A DNA stretch of 64,000 nt from Marsupella aquatica (taxonomy: Eukaryota > Plantae > Marchantiophyta): assembly GCA_973895155.1 (NCBI GenBank), contig OZ316893.1:14166645-14230644 (forward strand). The letters run 5' to 3'. The notes under the pieces were generated by a model. It worked only from the letters and a program-made list of their open reading frames with translations. It was not told the origin of the DNA and did not search any database. Positions within the stretch are counted from its first letter, which is position 1, and every line of letters starts with the position of its first letter. Both the position numbers and the translations under genes were made by a program. This document shows, piece by piece, positions 52,255 to 64,000 of this stretch.

Positions 52255-52558
52255 GGTCAATTGGCTAGGGGATTGCCTGGAACTGAGAGGTCCTAGGTTC
52301 AATCCCCCCTCCACACTGGGTGTGGAGAGTATATGTGTGTGGGTGGGATGGGTTTTGTGGGTAGTGGATTGGATTATCTGCTCGGCCCCTGGTTGCCCAC
52401 TTTGTGGCCCTGATTTAATCCTCTCTCCTTCCTGGTGTGGGTCCCTGTCGGATCCGTTGGGGCTCACCCTGGTCTGGGTTCCCTGCAGAAAAACTGACAC
52501 ATTGGGGTGGGGGGAGTCTAATTGTATTTTCTCCCCATTTCCGTTCAAGACAGAAAAG
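52255..52558 (+). mobile_element. tRNA-derived SINE with a 21-bp target-site duplication
   Basis: It has an A-box-like (TA)GGTCAATTGG, a B-box GGTTCAATCC (~52296-52305) and a 3' end CCGTTCAAGACAGAAAAG. The perfect TSD AATGGGTAGGATGGGATATTA is at 52234-52254 and 52559-52579. Confidence 0.85.
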
Positions 52559-52650
52559 AATGGGTAGGATGGGATATTATATTGATGGGTTCTGCATTTA
52601 AAATGTAAAGCACCAAACACTCTTAGTATATGCTATGAGAATCATACAAC

Positions 52651-53490
52651 AATTAGTTCGTGGACCCCTTGGCTAATAAAATCAGGGGGAAGAGTCGATC
52701 TGAGCCGTCTCCATTTCTTATCTCCGGAAATCTCGTCCGTCCATCATAATCGCCAATCTATGGCTCAAAAGAAAGATCTCAAATAGATCTATGGATGGGT
52801 TCTGTCCGTTTTGCAAATGGGTTAATATTTTTCAAATGAAAAATTAAACAAATCCAAGCCTTCCTAGCCATCGATTTTGTTGATTTTATGATCTTTGCCG
52901 TCCATTTTGTAATGCCTCTAGAAATCTTATTCATCCATGTTAGAAGGCGATCTAGGGTGCAAAAGAAAGATCTCAATGAGATCTACAACTGGGTATTTTT
53001 TGTTTTGAGAATGAGTAAATAGTTTTGAGTATAAAATTTGATGAACTTTCAAAATTCCAGCCATTCCTCCCTCGATCCTGGGTTTCTATGTGCTCTTCCC
53101 AGCATTAATGGTCGTACAATACGAGAGGTCCTTACATACCGGGAGTTGTGGTTTAACAAGGAAGTTATCAAGTTAGTTATTAGTCATTATTTATTATATG
53201 AAAAATACTTTTTATAAATCTTCGAATTTAAATTTTAAAATTGGAAATGTAACTAAAACGGTTACATAGTGACAGTTTTAACCGTCTTGCTCTTTGCATT
53301 TTCAATGTTTTTACTTTTCTTTTTATGGCACGGCGTCCCAAAATTTACACCCAAATTGACACAAACACGAATGAAAACTATAAGTTTGATTCACAAAACC
53401 GACAAGTCTTGTTTGTTACGATTGTTTTTGACATGGCACACTGTGGTGCCAGGAATTTTGGAAGGGACCTCTAGTGGGGTCGGTAATAAA
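52651..53490. mobile_element. Non-autonomous element of the GGACCCC...GGGGTC family
   Basis: It shares the left motif AATTAGTTC.TGGACCCCTT and ~170 bp of right end (...GCCAGGAATTTTGGAAGGGACCTCTAGTGGGGTC) with 58743-59730. Confidence 0.5.
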
Positions 53491-54633
53491 AGCAGGATTT
53501 CCCGCAGGCCTGTAAGCCAAATTGGGTGACTTGCTCCAAAGACAGGTTTCCTTAAAAACAACAGGGCTATGAGATGAAAATGAGGGCAAAATACTTTTGT
53601 AATTTCACAGGCTTTACTTGGTCAATTCGGAACTTGCACATGAACTTGCACAGTAACATGGTAATTTCCCATGAATAAATTGACTTTATCTGGCCCCTAT
53701 CAGTAACAAGGAAATGATGCTCGGATAACATCATGGACTTGTACTTTTTCTCGCGCAGGACCTATACCAGTTATAGGTCGTTCAGGCACGAGCAATATCA
53801 AACGACGCTCGGATGGATCACAATGTGAAACCATTACTCTGATGGATCTAGCAGTTTTTGATACAAAAGGGCAAACATGTGAACGAGGTAAAGACTTTCT
53901 CTGACTTTTGAAGCAACAGTTGAAATCAATTCATCCGGGTTGCAGTGGTGGTCCATACGAGGTGTTTGGCAAACATGGTGGTGGATACATTCAGGCTTCC
54001 TTTTTCAGCACCCTCCTACAATAAGCCAAAATAATAGTGGTAGGTCCATGCAGGCTTCCTTTTTCAACAGCCATTTCAAATCAGCCAAGCGAGATTATCT
54101 CCAATAGCTACTTGCGTTGGTACACCGTAACCATAACATCGAATTGTCACCATATCAGCCGAAGTTTAAGCAATCTCCTAGCAAAATCATCTGCGATCTG
54201 TCTTCTTAGGTGGTGGATTGCCATGATTGGGAGGCTAAGCAAAGAATTGCAAACAGAATTCATGCTTAAGGAGAGCAGTAAGAATTCCTTTGAGGAGAGC
54301 GCTCTGCTTCGGAGTCTCCTGTCCATTCAGATATTGGCCTGATCCAGTTCTAGGAGGTCAAACACTAGTACCCAGAATCGGTTCCAGTGAAGACCAATAA
54401 GAGCTCGAATGTAGCACCACTTGCACCAAGGTCATTTCTTTGTGTAAACAGATTGAAACACTGAATTCTCATCACGAGCTTCGATGTATCGATAAGCCTC
54501 TAATCACGAATCAAATTTACGCGAAGAATCGAATTAATTGTCTGTAATTTCCAACCTGAATGGAAGCGTGGATATATGTCTTGGGTGCTATGCAGAACCT
54601 CGATGGAAAACAGGTACTCCGGAAAAACTAGTG

Positions 54634-57027
54634 CTACCCTTGCAAGCTGTCGATAAGACCTTTCAAAGAAGACTCCGTGCCCAAGACAGCAAAAATAGTT
54701 CCCATCAATATGAGCACTACATTGAGTTGAACTTCGCCTTTTGTCAATGATGGCCAGAACATCTTGAGGTACAAAGCACAAGGGAACATTATGGAGATGG
54801 ATATGGAAATTGCTGAGCCGATGAAGGACAGCATGTACCCAAAAAACGGCAGGGCAATGGCCAGAACCATGACTGTCAAAAGGAATGCGGTACGAATCAA
54901 GGACCCACAAGCCCAATGGGCGATGGAGTTCTCTGCGAAGGGCAATAAACTTTCCAGTTCTATGGCAACCGGGGCTATACCCAGCGAGAACTTACAGATA
55001 GGTGTAACAACAGTGGTCCATAAGACAACGGTTGCAACAGTAAGATGGGTGGGAATGTTGAGAGTAATCTGAGATATAGTCGCGTCTCCGAACATGAAGG
55101 CACCCATTATGGCCAAGCCTCCATAAATGCATGTTGCGATGGTAAACCCGACAACCAAAACCTGCAATGAAGTTCAATCCAATTTGATTGATTAGACAAT
55201 ATGAATCAACTAATCACTGAGCCCGTCAAACATTCCTCCAAAAATCTTGCATTTAACAAACACAATCACATCAATTCTTGTCTGTCCTTTCTCACCTGTG
55301 CGATTATTGTTGTTTGTGGTTACATCCAGGATCTATGGTTGTCAGGCTTCTTGTGCACAAAACAAGCAATGTCGACGCATTGGTCTATGATAGTCATTTT
55401 TTGGACCTGTCTGTTTGAAATCCCTATAATTATTTCGAACTTCATTGCCAGGATTCGTCAATTTTGGGTCTGTGTGTTCTGATTATCCATTTATTAGTCA
55501 TGTTTTTTTCTCTCTCCTCAATTCTTTCACTATCTATCCCAGTAGAAATTGGGGGCTTAGTACTAACAGCAAGTGACTCGGACATACCTTTGAGAAATCG
55601 CGTGGGTCCTTCATTGAAGTGTAAATGCTCGGAATGATGACATGGCCTGAGTAGCAGAACGCGTACAGGCCAGAAACAAGCGGCAAGTTTCCAAGTTGGA
55701 AAAGGGGAACTGATTGAGAGAAGCCGACTCCCCCAAAGAATCCAGCCCAGGCTACGGCTCCCACGATCACAAGGCAGCTGACAACTCCACCGAATGAAAG
55801 GTACGAAATATAGGATAAGTCCCTGACACACACAGTGGGGAGCACCACCAACATGGCAACCACCACCAGAAACTGAGAGGAGTCTAATTGGATCCAGGAA
55901 AGGTTGAGTCCAGCATTTGGAAAGAGTTGAGCTAGATTGTCCCCAACTGAAATAGTATACCCTACCAAGCAAGCACAAACTTCCATGTACAGAAAAGTAG
56001 TGACCACGACTCTCCCTCTCAAACCAAAAGCCACGGCTCCTATATCTTGGTATTTAATGATAGCAGGATCTGTAGCTAGGCATTTGCCTAGCAAATACCC
56101 TGTGTAGCACATGGTAAATGCAAATAGAATGAGAAGACTTAAACTGAACAGCCCTCCTTGAACAACTGCATAAGGAACCGAGAGCATGCCCATCCCTGCA
56201 ATGAACATAAAAACAGAAATCAGTTCTCAAAATGAGTAGGACACTTGAAGATAGTTTGATTGGGACATGTTCCCGGCTAATACATGTCACTTGCAGACCA
56301 CAAACCACTCCGCACAAAAGGAATGATGACTTGGAATGCACTAAGCAGGCCGATTATCGTTGCGCAAGATAAATTTGAGTTATCAAACCCACACGACTTC
56401 AAGAAATATTTTCCCTCAAAGAGACAAGTTGAAGACTTATCAATGCAATACGAAAGACAGAGTGATCAAATATTTTAAATTGGGATATGAAATGTGCTCT
56501 GGAAACCGTAGATTGCGGAACCCAATGAAGGTTATAAAGAAGGAAAAGTTCATTATAGCCCAGCCTTCACTAGGTGTAATAGCCAAATTGTAAACCCCAA
56601 TTCCCGCAAGGGCGACGGCATAGATCCAGCATGACTACCGATCCCAATTGGCATTGTTAAAGTGCAAGCATATCCAAGAACTTGCCTCCAGCGCGATTTT
56701 AGCCTTCAAAAGGGATCCATCACAACGCTTCCTCAACCATTCTATGCTCCTTTTGGTAATTCAGGCTTGAGATTGGTTCCACTCACCCAATAGGAGCCCG
56801 GTGGTGTTCATGGTTGCCGCCCAGAAAGAGCTTGTGCCCTGATTCACGGAGCGCAGTTCTGGTGGTAAGTCGACGTCCTTCCAAGCCTTTCCATTTTCAA
56901 GACCGGTGGGAGATGAACTGTCATGTTCGTAGAGGGCACCATCTTCCAGATCCTCAGGTGCTTTTGTTCTCCTGACCAAAGCGTCGTTCTCAGTGCGCAA
57001 CAAAGGATCAGATAACGTGGAGCTCAT
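54634..57027 (-). CDS. AVT1: Amino acid transporter, AVT1 / Aa_trans (AAAP) family
   Basis: Exons 57027-56787, 56195-55588 and 55161-54634 have GT-AG junctions. Motifs: SSFWAATMNTTGLLL|GMGMLSVPYAV, YTGYLLGKCL, YQDIGAVAFG, GLYAFCYSGH, IYTSMKDP, QITLN, LPFFGYMLSFIGS. About 11 TM segments are apparent. Confidence 0.92.
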
Positions 57028-58742
57028 TGCCAGTCCCACCGATCTAAGATCTAGAAGATCTTGTGAGCAAGCTATTCAGCCACGAGGCAATTGAAGCAGT
57101 AGGAAACCGGAATGCGCTTTACATTCCACCAACTCTTTCAGATTTTCCACACGGAGTGCCAAGTTTGAAAACTAGTAAGATGCCCCAGCCTCTCTAGTTT
57201 TCTCCGGACATAATTATGTTGGTCTCCGGAGGCTTTCTCATGAATCGTCAATTCATGACGAGGAATCTACGTACAGAATTTCCTGAAATGAATAAAACAA
57301 CGTCCCACAACTCAGTGACATTTGAGAACCTCACAAACCCACAAAGGATTTATAGCCAATGAAAGAGTAAGGGCGAATACCGTGGTCACCAACTTGCAAT
57401 TTTATAACCTGGGAAGAAACATCAATCATTCTGGTAACTTACAAGGCATGCAATTGCCAGACTGAGCTGCAGCAGTGTAATCGGCAGAATCCTGAGCCTC
57501 TGTTATGTGTTCTGATCGTCCTGAGAGCTATCCAAAGATTTAGAGATATTGGTTGAGATAGCTCTGTAACGAGCGAGAATCACCGAGAAGAGTCAGTCTA
57601 GGCGCGATTCAATCGGATTTTAACACCTAAAATCTTAGGAATTTCTTTTCTACGTTTGAACAATAGGAGCAAGTGTATGCAGACTCATAACAGACAAAGC
57701 AGACCGTGATAGTTGTTCTACTACTGTAACCCCCGAAAATGGCTACAGTTCCGATGGGACTCCAGAAATCACTCGGACAGCTCAATTCCTTCGAGCAAGT
57801 TCGTTCCCCATGCCTAACGAGTAGTATTACAACCCTGGAGTAGATCTCCAGCCACAATTACTCCGTGAATCATGAGAAGTTGACTGCATTGTGAGACTGA
57901 ACACGATCGTCTGGGTCAAAATCCCAACGTTGCACTGGGGTGTGGGGGAGGCTCGGTGGATTTGTGGATTTGTGGATTTCAGATGTCCTGAGGACGAAAT
58001 GGATTCCGTGCCATGGTAAATTAATCCCAACATTGCTTCCCAGGACACTTGTTGGTCAGCCAGAAACCCAGCTCGGATTCACAGTACTCTACTCATCAGG
58101 GCCGTGCTAATCTACGCAATATTTTACAACTCACAAGTTCTAAGGCTACGTTCCACCCACTCTGAGCGTGATCCTCTGAGCGAGCTTCGGGCCTCAAATC
58201 GAAACGATATTCGAATCCGGGCGAAGTGTGCTGAAGATATTGCGCCATTGCGGGAGATAAACGATCCTCCCGGACGTGGGGACAAGAATGTGACCGAATA
58301 GACGGCATTCAGTGCAAGATAAACAAAATTTTGCAACCGAAAAAACACGTGTTTGAGCATTAAAGGTCGAATCTGCATGCCTACGAGAGGGAGCCCAAAA
58401 CAGTTGGAGGCCCTCGTTGTGAGAGGACGCGTGGTGGGAAGGAAATCTGTGCTTTGCCACGTCTTTTGGTGTCTATTCGTACATTTATGTCTCTGTGTTA
58501 TGTTATTTTTCTCGAAATGGCTACTTTCTCAGCTGCCAGGTGGTCAGCGGTTTAGGGTTGGCTAGTAAGGTCAATCCCGACAATGTAAGGGTGGCTTTCG
58601 GCCGTCTATTTAGTGGCAAAAAGTCACCACATTCCAAGTCTTAGTAATAAAGTGCAATGCTATTTTTGAGGGCTAATATGTAAAGGAATACTCTAGTAAG
58701 TAACTCTCAATAAGGACTAAACAGAAAAGTAGAGTGGGCCAA

Positions 58743-59730
58743 AATTAGTTCCTGGACCCCTTTCTGTTTTGATTTGATTGAGATAAATGTGTTATACAAT
58801 GTGTGACACTGAACATAGGGCACTCAGATCATTCTCTCTCTCAATTGAATTGCTAGTTGCTTTTGATTTGGCGTCAAAAACTGAATTGACAATTGCAAAG
58901 CTTATACCATTTTTGCTGTGTGAGTAGGCTGGTGATTCGTGGCTGTTGAATTGTCCTTCGAATTGTCTCCTGCTCATGCTCGTTGACACTGGTTACGACG
59001 TCTAGGTTGGGAATTCTCATACAACAAATTACAGCAGTGGACATCTGACACTTAGCAGGACGGACAAGGTTCAATCTAGCTTCATCCCACATCAAATTTC
59101 ATAAGTCTTTATCTTGTGCCAGTCTACTCTAGAGAGTCGAGCAAAATTTAACTAAGTTTTACCAACTTGTGTGCCTGACTACTCTAGAGAGTTCGTTGTT
59201 GAAATTCTTTTGCTGTAGGATTTTTGGAATTGGAGCTTGGACGAGCTTGCTGCAGACGATTTACCAGCCACGTTGGGGGTTGTGTCGTCCAAGACTACTA
59301 TGCCCATTCATTATGTCGGTTACTCGCAGGTATCGATCCACAATAAATTCCACTCAATCAATTGAGATATAGAAGCAATTATATCAGTCGGTTACTTGGG
59401 CAGCAAGATTTAATAATTACGGAATTCAATCACAATTCACAAAAAAGGGTGGGCAATCGGTTACTCAGGGTAAATAAAACGGAGGGTGAGCCTATTGCTA
59501 AAGCACAGGTGGTTACACAAGGTAAATAAAATGGTTATTTTTGATTACTTTTTACATCATCTTTTACGGCATGGCGTCCTCGATTTTACCAAAAATTTGC
59601 AGCAAACATGAAAGGTGACGTAATTTCATTGTGGAAACCAATCCGTTCCTGTTTACAGCGCGCCATGATGATGTGGCGCGCTGTGGAGCCAGGAATTTTG
59701 GAAGGGACCTCTAGTGGGGTCCATAAATAG
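58743..59730. mobile_element. Non-autonomous element of the GGACCCC...GGGGTC family carrying a host exon
   Basis: Its termini are shared with 52651-53490 but the interior is unrelated and includes a lipase exon. Confidence 0.5.
59219..59329 (+). pseudogene. Isolated exon of an acid/triacylglycerol lipase (LIP1/MPL1-like alpha/beta hydrolase)
   Basis: ctgtag|GAT TTT TGG AAT...TAC TCG CAG|gtatc translates to DFWNWSLDELAADDLPATLGVVSSKTTMPIHYVGYSQ, matching the family pattern FWxWSxDELAxxDLPA...HYVG(H/Y)SQG. I could not recognise other lipase exons in the window. Confidence 0.8.
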
Positions 59731-59746
59731 AGATGGGGCAGAAACG

Positions 59747-60360
59747 GAGGTATATGCTTGATGGGACTCTTAGGGCTAACTCCCATGTTGTAGGCCCTTC
59801 AAAAAGCTGCCCTGAAACTGCTACATGTCATTGTTAGAGTTGATGATATTACCATGCAGTATCCTACTCCTTAGGCAGGCGTGGCTGCAGGTCTTATGGG
59901 CACCCAAGGGCAAGGGCCAGAAACTTTCCAATCCTTGCAGATCCCAACCTTTGTTTGGCTAATAAACCAAACTTTGAAGGTTTACAGTTTTGTGCAGCCC
60001 CGGGCACAGCCTTGTGTAATATGCTGCAGATACAACGCCTCTGGGACACAAGCCCCTTCGCCAACACAACACGTATAAGTCACAAGGATTGAGTTGATGG
60101 TGCTTTTTCTGAAATTGGCGCAAGTGGTAAGGGCCGCATTTGGAAGGATCTTGACATGTGATTTTGCCCTTCCAAACCAAATATACGTGATAGGCCCTTA
60201 CTATACAGTTAGGCAGCACATAAGAATCATGGGTATGGAACTTACATAGGGGGGCTAGTTTGAAACAACATTTTTGTGGGGGGCCTACTGTGTAACAACA
60301 GTTTTGTAGGGGCCATCACATAAATTTGTTTTGGCAAGAGCCCCATCAAGCATATACCTC
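59747..60360. mobile_element. Non-autonomous Mutator-like element (MITE)
   Basis: The 25-bp TIR GAGGTATATGCTTGATGGG(A/G)CTCTT is present at both ends. The flanks GGCAGAAACG and AGCAAAAATG look like a 10-bp TSD with three transitions. Confidence 0.8.
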
Positions 60361-60934
60361 AGCAAAAATGAACCAAAAATAGTATAAAATCATTTTTATT
60401 GCAGAAAACCCCCTCACATGAACATGGCTGGGAAAGAATCTGTCAGTTTTGGTCTGCTGTGAGGTCCATATGAGAATCTCTCAACCTGATCATCTGTTAT
60501 TTTTTCAACATAAACATGAAATGTGTCTTATTGGGCTTTAGGCTTTGTAGTTTTATCAGACCCCTTTAGTTTTAATAAACATTCATGTATCCTAATTACT
60601 CCTTAAACACAAATATTTCTCTAAACTTCTCACTAGTTTTTTTAGGCTTCTTGTTGTGAGGCGCACCACCCAATCTTGTAAAAGACCCCTCGTCCAGAAT
60701 GGCCACCACACATACTTGACTAGAGATAGCAAGAACACAAGTGTCAATCCCTATCAGGACAAAATCTGCTATACAGTACTCAAAACTTTGCATATTGCTT
60801 AATTCATCGTACCATACACAGTATTTGTAGTTTAATTTTATACATACAATTCATACATGGATGCGGTGTTTTTTTGGAGGTCTTCTAGACAGTTCATATT
60901 CTTTTGTACTATCTCAATACCTGTGCGTTGCACA

Positions 60935-61168
60935 AAAGAAGTCGTGTCGGCCAAGATGTCATTGAGAAAAAAAATGTCATGGAGAGAAAAGATGTCGTGT
61001 TGCCCAAGAGGTCGTTGAGAGTAAAGATGTCGTGTTGCCCAAGAGGTGGTGGAGAGAAAAGATGTCGTGTCGCTCAAGAGGTCATTGGGAAAAAAGGTCG
61101 TGTCGTCCAAGAGATTGTTGGGAGAAAAGATGTCATGTCACCCAAGAGGCCGTTGAGAGAAAAGATGT
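60935..61168 (+). repeat. ~33-bp minisatellite x7
   Basis: GAGAAAAGATGTCGTGT(T/C)GCCCAAGAGGTCGTT is repeated and is cut off by the LTR starting at 61169. Confidence 0.9.
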
Positions 61169-64000
61169 AGTTGCAGAACTCGACTACCTTAACACTTAGC
61201 TCTGGTGTCGCTGACTCCGACGCCAAGCTCCCCTAAGGTCCAAGCCTGGAACGACCATCCGGGGAGGACTTAGCATGGGGAGACTTGTGGGCAATGGGGC
61301 GTGGCACTAGCAAAGGCAATGTGTTGAACTAGTGACACACATTAAGGACTTAGACGTCTAGCTGAGGGCTGGTCGGGTCAAGGGGAAAGGGCTGGGCTCA
61401 AGGTCGACCGTCCGGACCCCCGGATGGACTTTGAGTTCCGAGGGCGTGAGTGAGAGCTCCTCTTGGGCCCAAGGCCAATGGAGTTTCCCCATGGGCAACG
61501 GACGCTTGGGGCACGAGTTACGACCCGATCCGGGTTTGACCGATTGGGGGTCCTGGGTGACAATGAGATCTGAGGGCCTAGGCATGAGCACTGGGTCAGC
61601 TCGATCACAACGGGCTAAGGCACTCCATTTATGGACGCCTAACTAGAAAGTTATGGGCATTGCCAATTGGTGGCGCACAGTTGCGGAACTTGACTACCTT
61701 AACACTTAGCTCCGGCGTTGCTGACTCCGACGCCATGATCCCTTATGGTCCAGGCCCGGATAGGCCATCCGGGGAGGACTTAACATTGGGAGACTTGTGG
61801 GCAACAAGGCGTCGCAGTGGCGATGGCAAGGCGCTAAACTAGTGACACACACTAAGGACTTAGACTAGCTAAGGGCTGGTCGGGTCAAGGGGAAAAGGTT
61901 CGGGCTCAAGGTTGGTTGTCCGGACCCCCGGACGGACTTTGAGTTCTGAGGGCTCTGAGTGAGAGCTCCTCTTGGGCACAAGGCCAATGGAGTGGACTCC
62001 ATGGGCAATTGATGCTTGGGGTGCAAGTTATAGCCCGATCCAGGTTTGGCCAATCGAGGGCCTAGGCATGAGCAATGGGTCAGCCCAATCACAACGAGCT
62101 AAGGCACTCCAATTGCGGACTCCTAACTAGAAAGTTATGGGCATTGCCAATTGGTGGCGCGACTAGACATGCGAGTTGGGGTCTAGCTAGGTGGGGGGCC
62201 AAAATTTGGGGACCAAAGTTGGCCCAGGGATGGCAGGTCTCCAAATGCATATTTGAGGGAAGTGGTGTCTCCCTAGGGGCTAAGGGCGAGCCAAAGTCAT
62301 GAGCCGCTGCGGTCGCGACACTAAGAGAAAAAGTCAAACGGAAACGATGATAACTTCCCAACGAGAAGTCCATTGGGGGACTTCTTGGGTGAGTTGGAAA
62401 TCTCTCAAGGAGGGCTACATTCTCCTCAGCTCATCTGGGTCTGGGGGTGCCATAGGTTCTCGGGGTTTGCGGAGGCTATCTCGTCCGCTTGCCGAAATAG
62501 TGGCCAAGCCGCATTCAGTCTCTCAAGGGAGCTTACGTTGGGGAGGCAAGGCCTAGTAGGCGTGGAGGTTGAGTTCCAAGACACTGGGCCCCTAGACCAT
62601 CAGTTGAGTGAGAACCGGGAGTCGGGTGCTATAGTCGGGGCCATTCTGGTCCCGACATGTTGGGATAAGCTTTAGGACAAGCTACGCTATTTGGGCCATG
62701 AGCATGTCTTTGGGGCAGGGTGGTCAGTTGGTGATGGATAGGAATGAGGGGAAACCCGGGCTGCGCCCAAGGAAGGAGCTATTCTGGACGAACAGTGGGT
62801 GTCGGTTCTGGTCCCGGCTTATGGCATCGGGAGGACCTATCGCTGACCTACTTACCAATGTCTGTTGAGCTTTGAGTTAGGATGCTAAACTTGCAAGATC
62901 TAGATCTTGAGGAGTTATTTACCGAGACGCTTGGTTGCTTGTGCAGACAGTGAGGACCGTTGAGTAGCGGTCGTGTTAGAGAGCAAGTGCGGCTTCGTAT
63001 GGGAGGGGCTGCAGGTGGTGCAAGGGGCATCACGTTGCTTGCTTGAGGTATTCCGTGCAGGCGTTTGGGCACCAGAGGCACTTAGGCATGGGTGTTGGGA
63101 TTAATGGTGAGGGTGTTGGGTAGCAAGGTTCACCACTCGCTCCCAGACATGCGGGTTGGGGTCCAGGTGGGAGGCCAAAATTTTGGGACCAAAGTTGGTC
63201 TAGGGATGGTAGGTTTCCAGATGCATATATGAGGGAAGTGGTGTCTCCCTGGGGGCTAAGGGCGAGCCAAAGTCATGAGCCGCGGCGATCACGACACTAA
63301 GGGAAAATGCCAAACGGAAACGGCGATAACTTCATAACGGGAAGTCTGTTGGGGGACTTCTTGGATGCGTTGGAAATCTCTCAAGGAGGGCTATGTCCTC
63401 TTGAGCTCAGCTGGGTTTGGGGGTGCCATTGGTTCTCGGGGTTTGTGGGGCTTATCTCACCCGCTTGCCAAATTTTGCCAAAATAGCAGTCAAGCCACGT
63501 TCAGTCTCTCAAAGGAGCTTGCGTTGGGGAGGCAAGGCCAAGTAGGCATGGAGGATGAGTTCCAAGGCACTGGTCCCTAGACCATCAGTGGGGCAAGAAC
63601 CGGGAGTTGGTCGCTGGAGTCGGGGCCATTCTGGTCCCGGCATGTTGGGACAAGCTACGCTTATTGGGCCATGAGCATGTCCTGGGGGTAGGGCGGTCAG
63701 TTGATGATGGATAGGTACAAGGGGGAACTCGGGTTTCACCCAAGGAAGGAGTTGTTTTGAACAAATAGTGGATGTCGGTTCTAGTTCCGGCTTATGGCAT
63801 AGGGAGGACGTATCACTGACCTAATTACCAACGTTTGTTGAGCTTGAGTTAAGATGCTAGAATTGGGAGATCTAGATCCTGAGGGGTTACTTACCAAGAC
63901 GCTTGGTTGCTTGTGCAGACAATGAGGACCGTTGAGTAGCGGTAAAGTTGGAGAGCAAATGTGGCTTCGTATGAGAGGGGCCGCTGTCGTGATTTTCTCT
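61169..64000 (+). mobile_element. Outer copy of the solo-LTR family (61169-61678 plus 63143 to window end), split by a nested copy
   Basis: The two halves join collinearly at GGTGG-CGCAC-CCAGACATGCG when the inner copy and one TSD are removed. Confidence 0.8.
61679..63137 (+). mobile_element. Complete solo LTR (1459 bp), AGTTGCGGAAC...GTTCACCACT, nested in a same-family copy
   Basis: The 5-bp TSD is CGCAC (61674-78) and CGCTC (63138-42). It is homologous to 20091-21575 over its full length. Confidence 0.82.

Noticed and set aside
52255-52330. tRNA gene
   Set aside because: A and B boxes are present but no convincing cloverleaf is evident. It continues into a SINE body with a TSD.
60935-61168. 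CRISPR-like array (also 45068-45410)
   Set aside because: The units are contiguous and degenerate with no unique spacers, there are no cas genes, and the context is eukaryotic.

Overview
Eukaryotic, intron-containing land-plant DNA. A bryophyte, probably a liverwort, is inferred from the gene and TE content. Three intact minus-strand host genes are present: a MASE1-type hybrid histidine kinase (about 3.65-9.2 kb), the thylakoid-lumen PsbP-domain protein PPD6 (48.1-50.6 kb) and an AVT1-family amino acid transporter (54.6-57.0 kb). The rest is a TE mosaic. It includes a Bianca-lineage Ty1/copia whose left LTR is interrupted by a large Athila/Tat-like Ty3/gypsy element, four copies of a 1.46-1.49 kb solo-LTR family with AG...CT termini, a CRE-type LINE fragment, tRNA-derived SINEs, Mutator-like MITEs, a G-quadruplex-prone repeat and many minisatellites. 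The main observations are: (1) the gypsy gag-protease and RT frames are separated by a single in-frame TGA followed by CAATTA, the canonical CARYYA readthrough context; (2) the same element appears to carry a ~570-600 codon ORF inside a ~3.6 kb LTR, plus two extra ORFs before gag; (3) an LTR family has non-canonical termini and one copy is inserted into another; (4) an orphan lipase exon with intact splice sites sits inside a repeat; (5) a perfect three-way-junction hairpin lies near 2.1 kb. All calls come from reading the sequence; no database searches were run.
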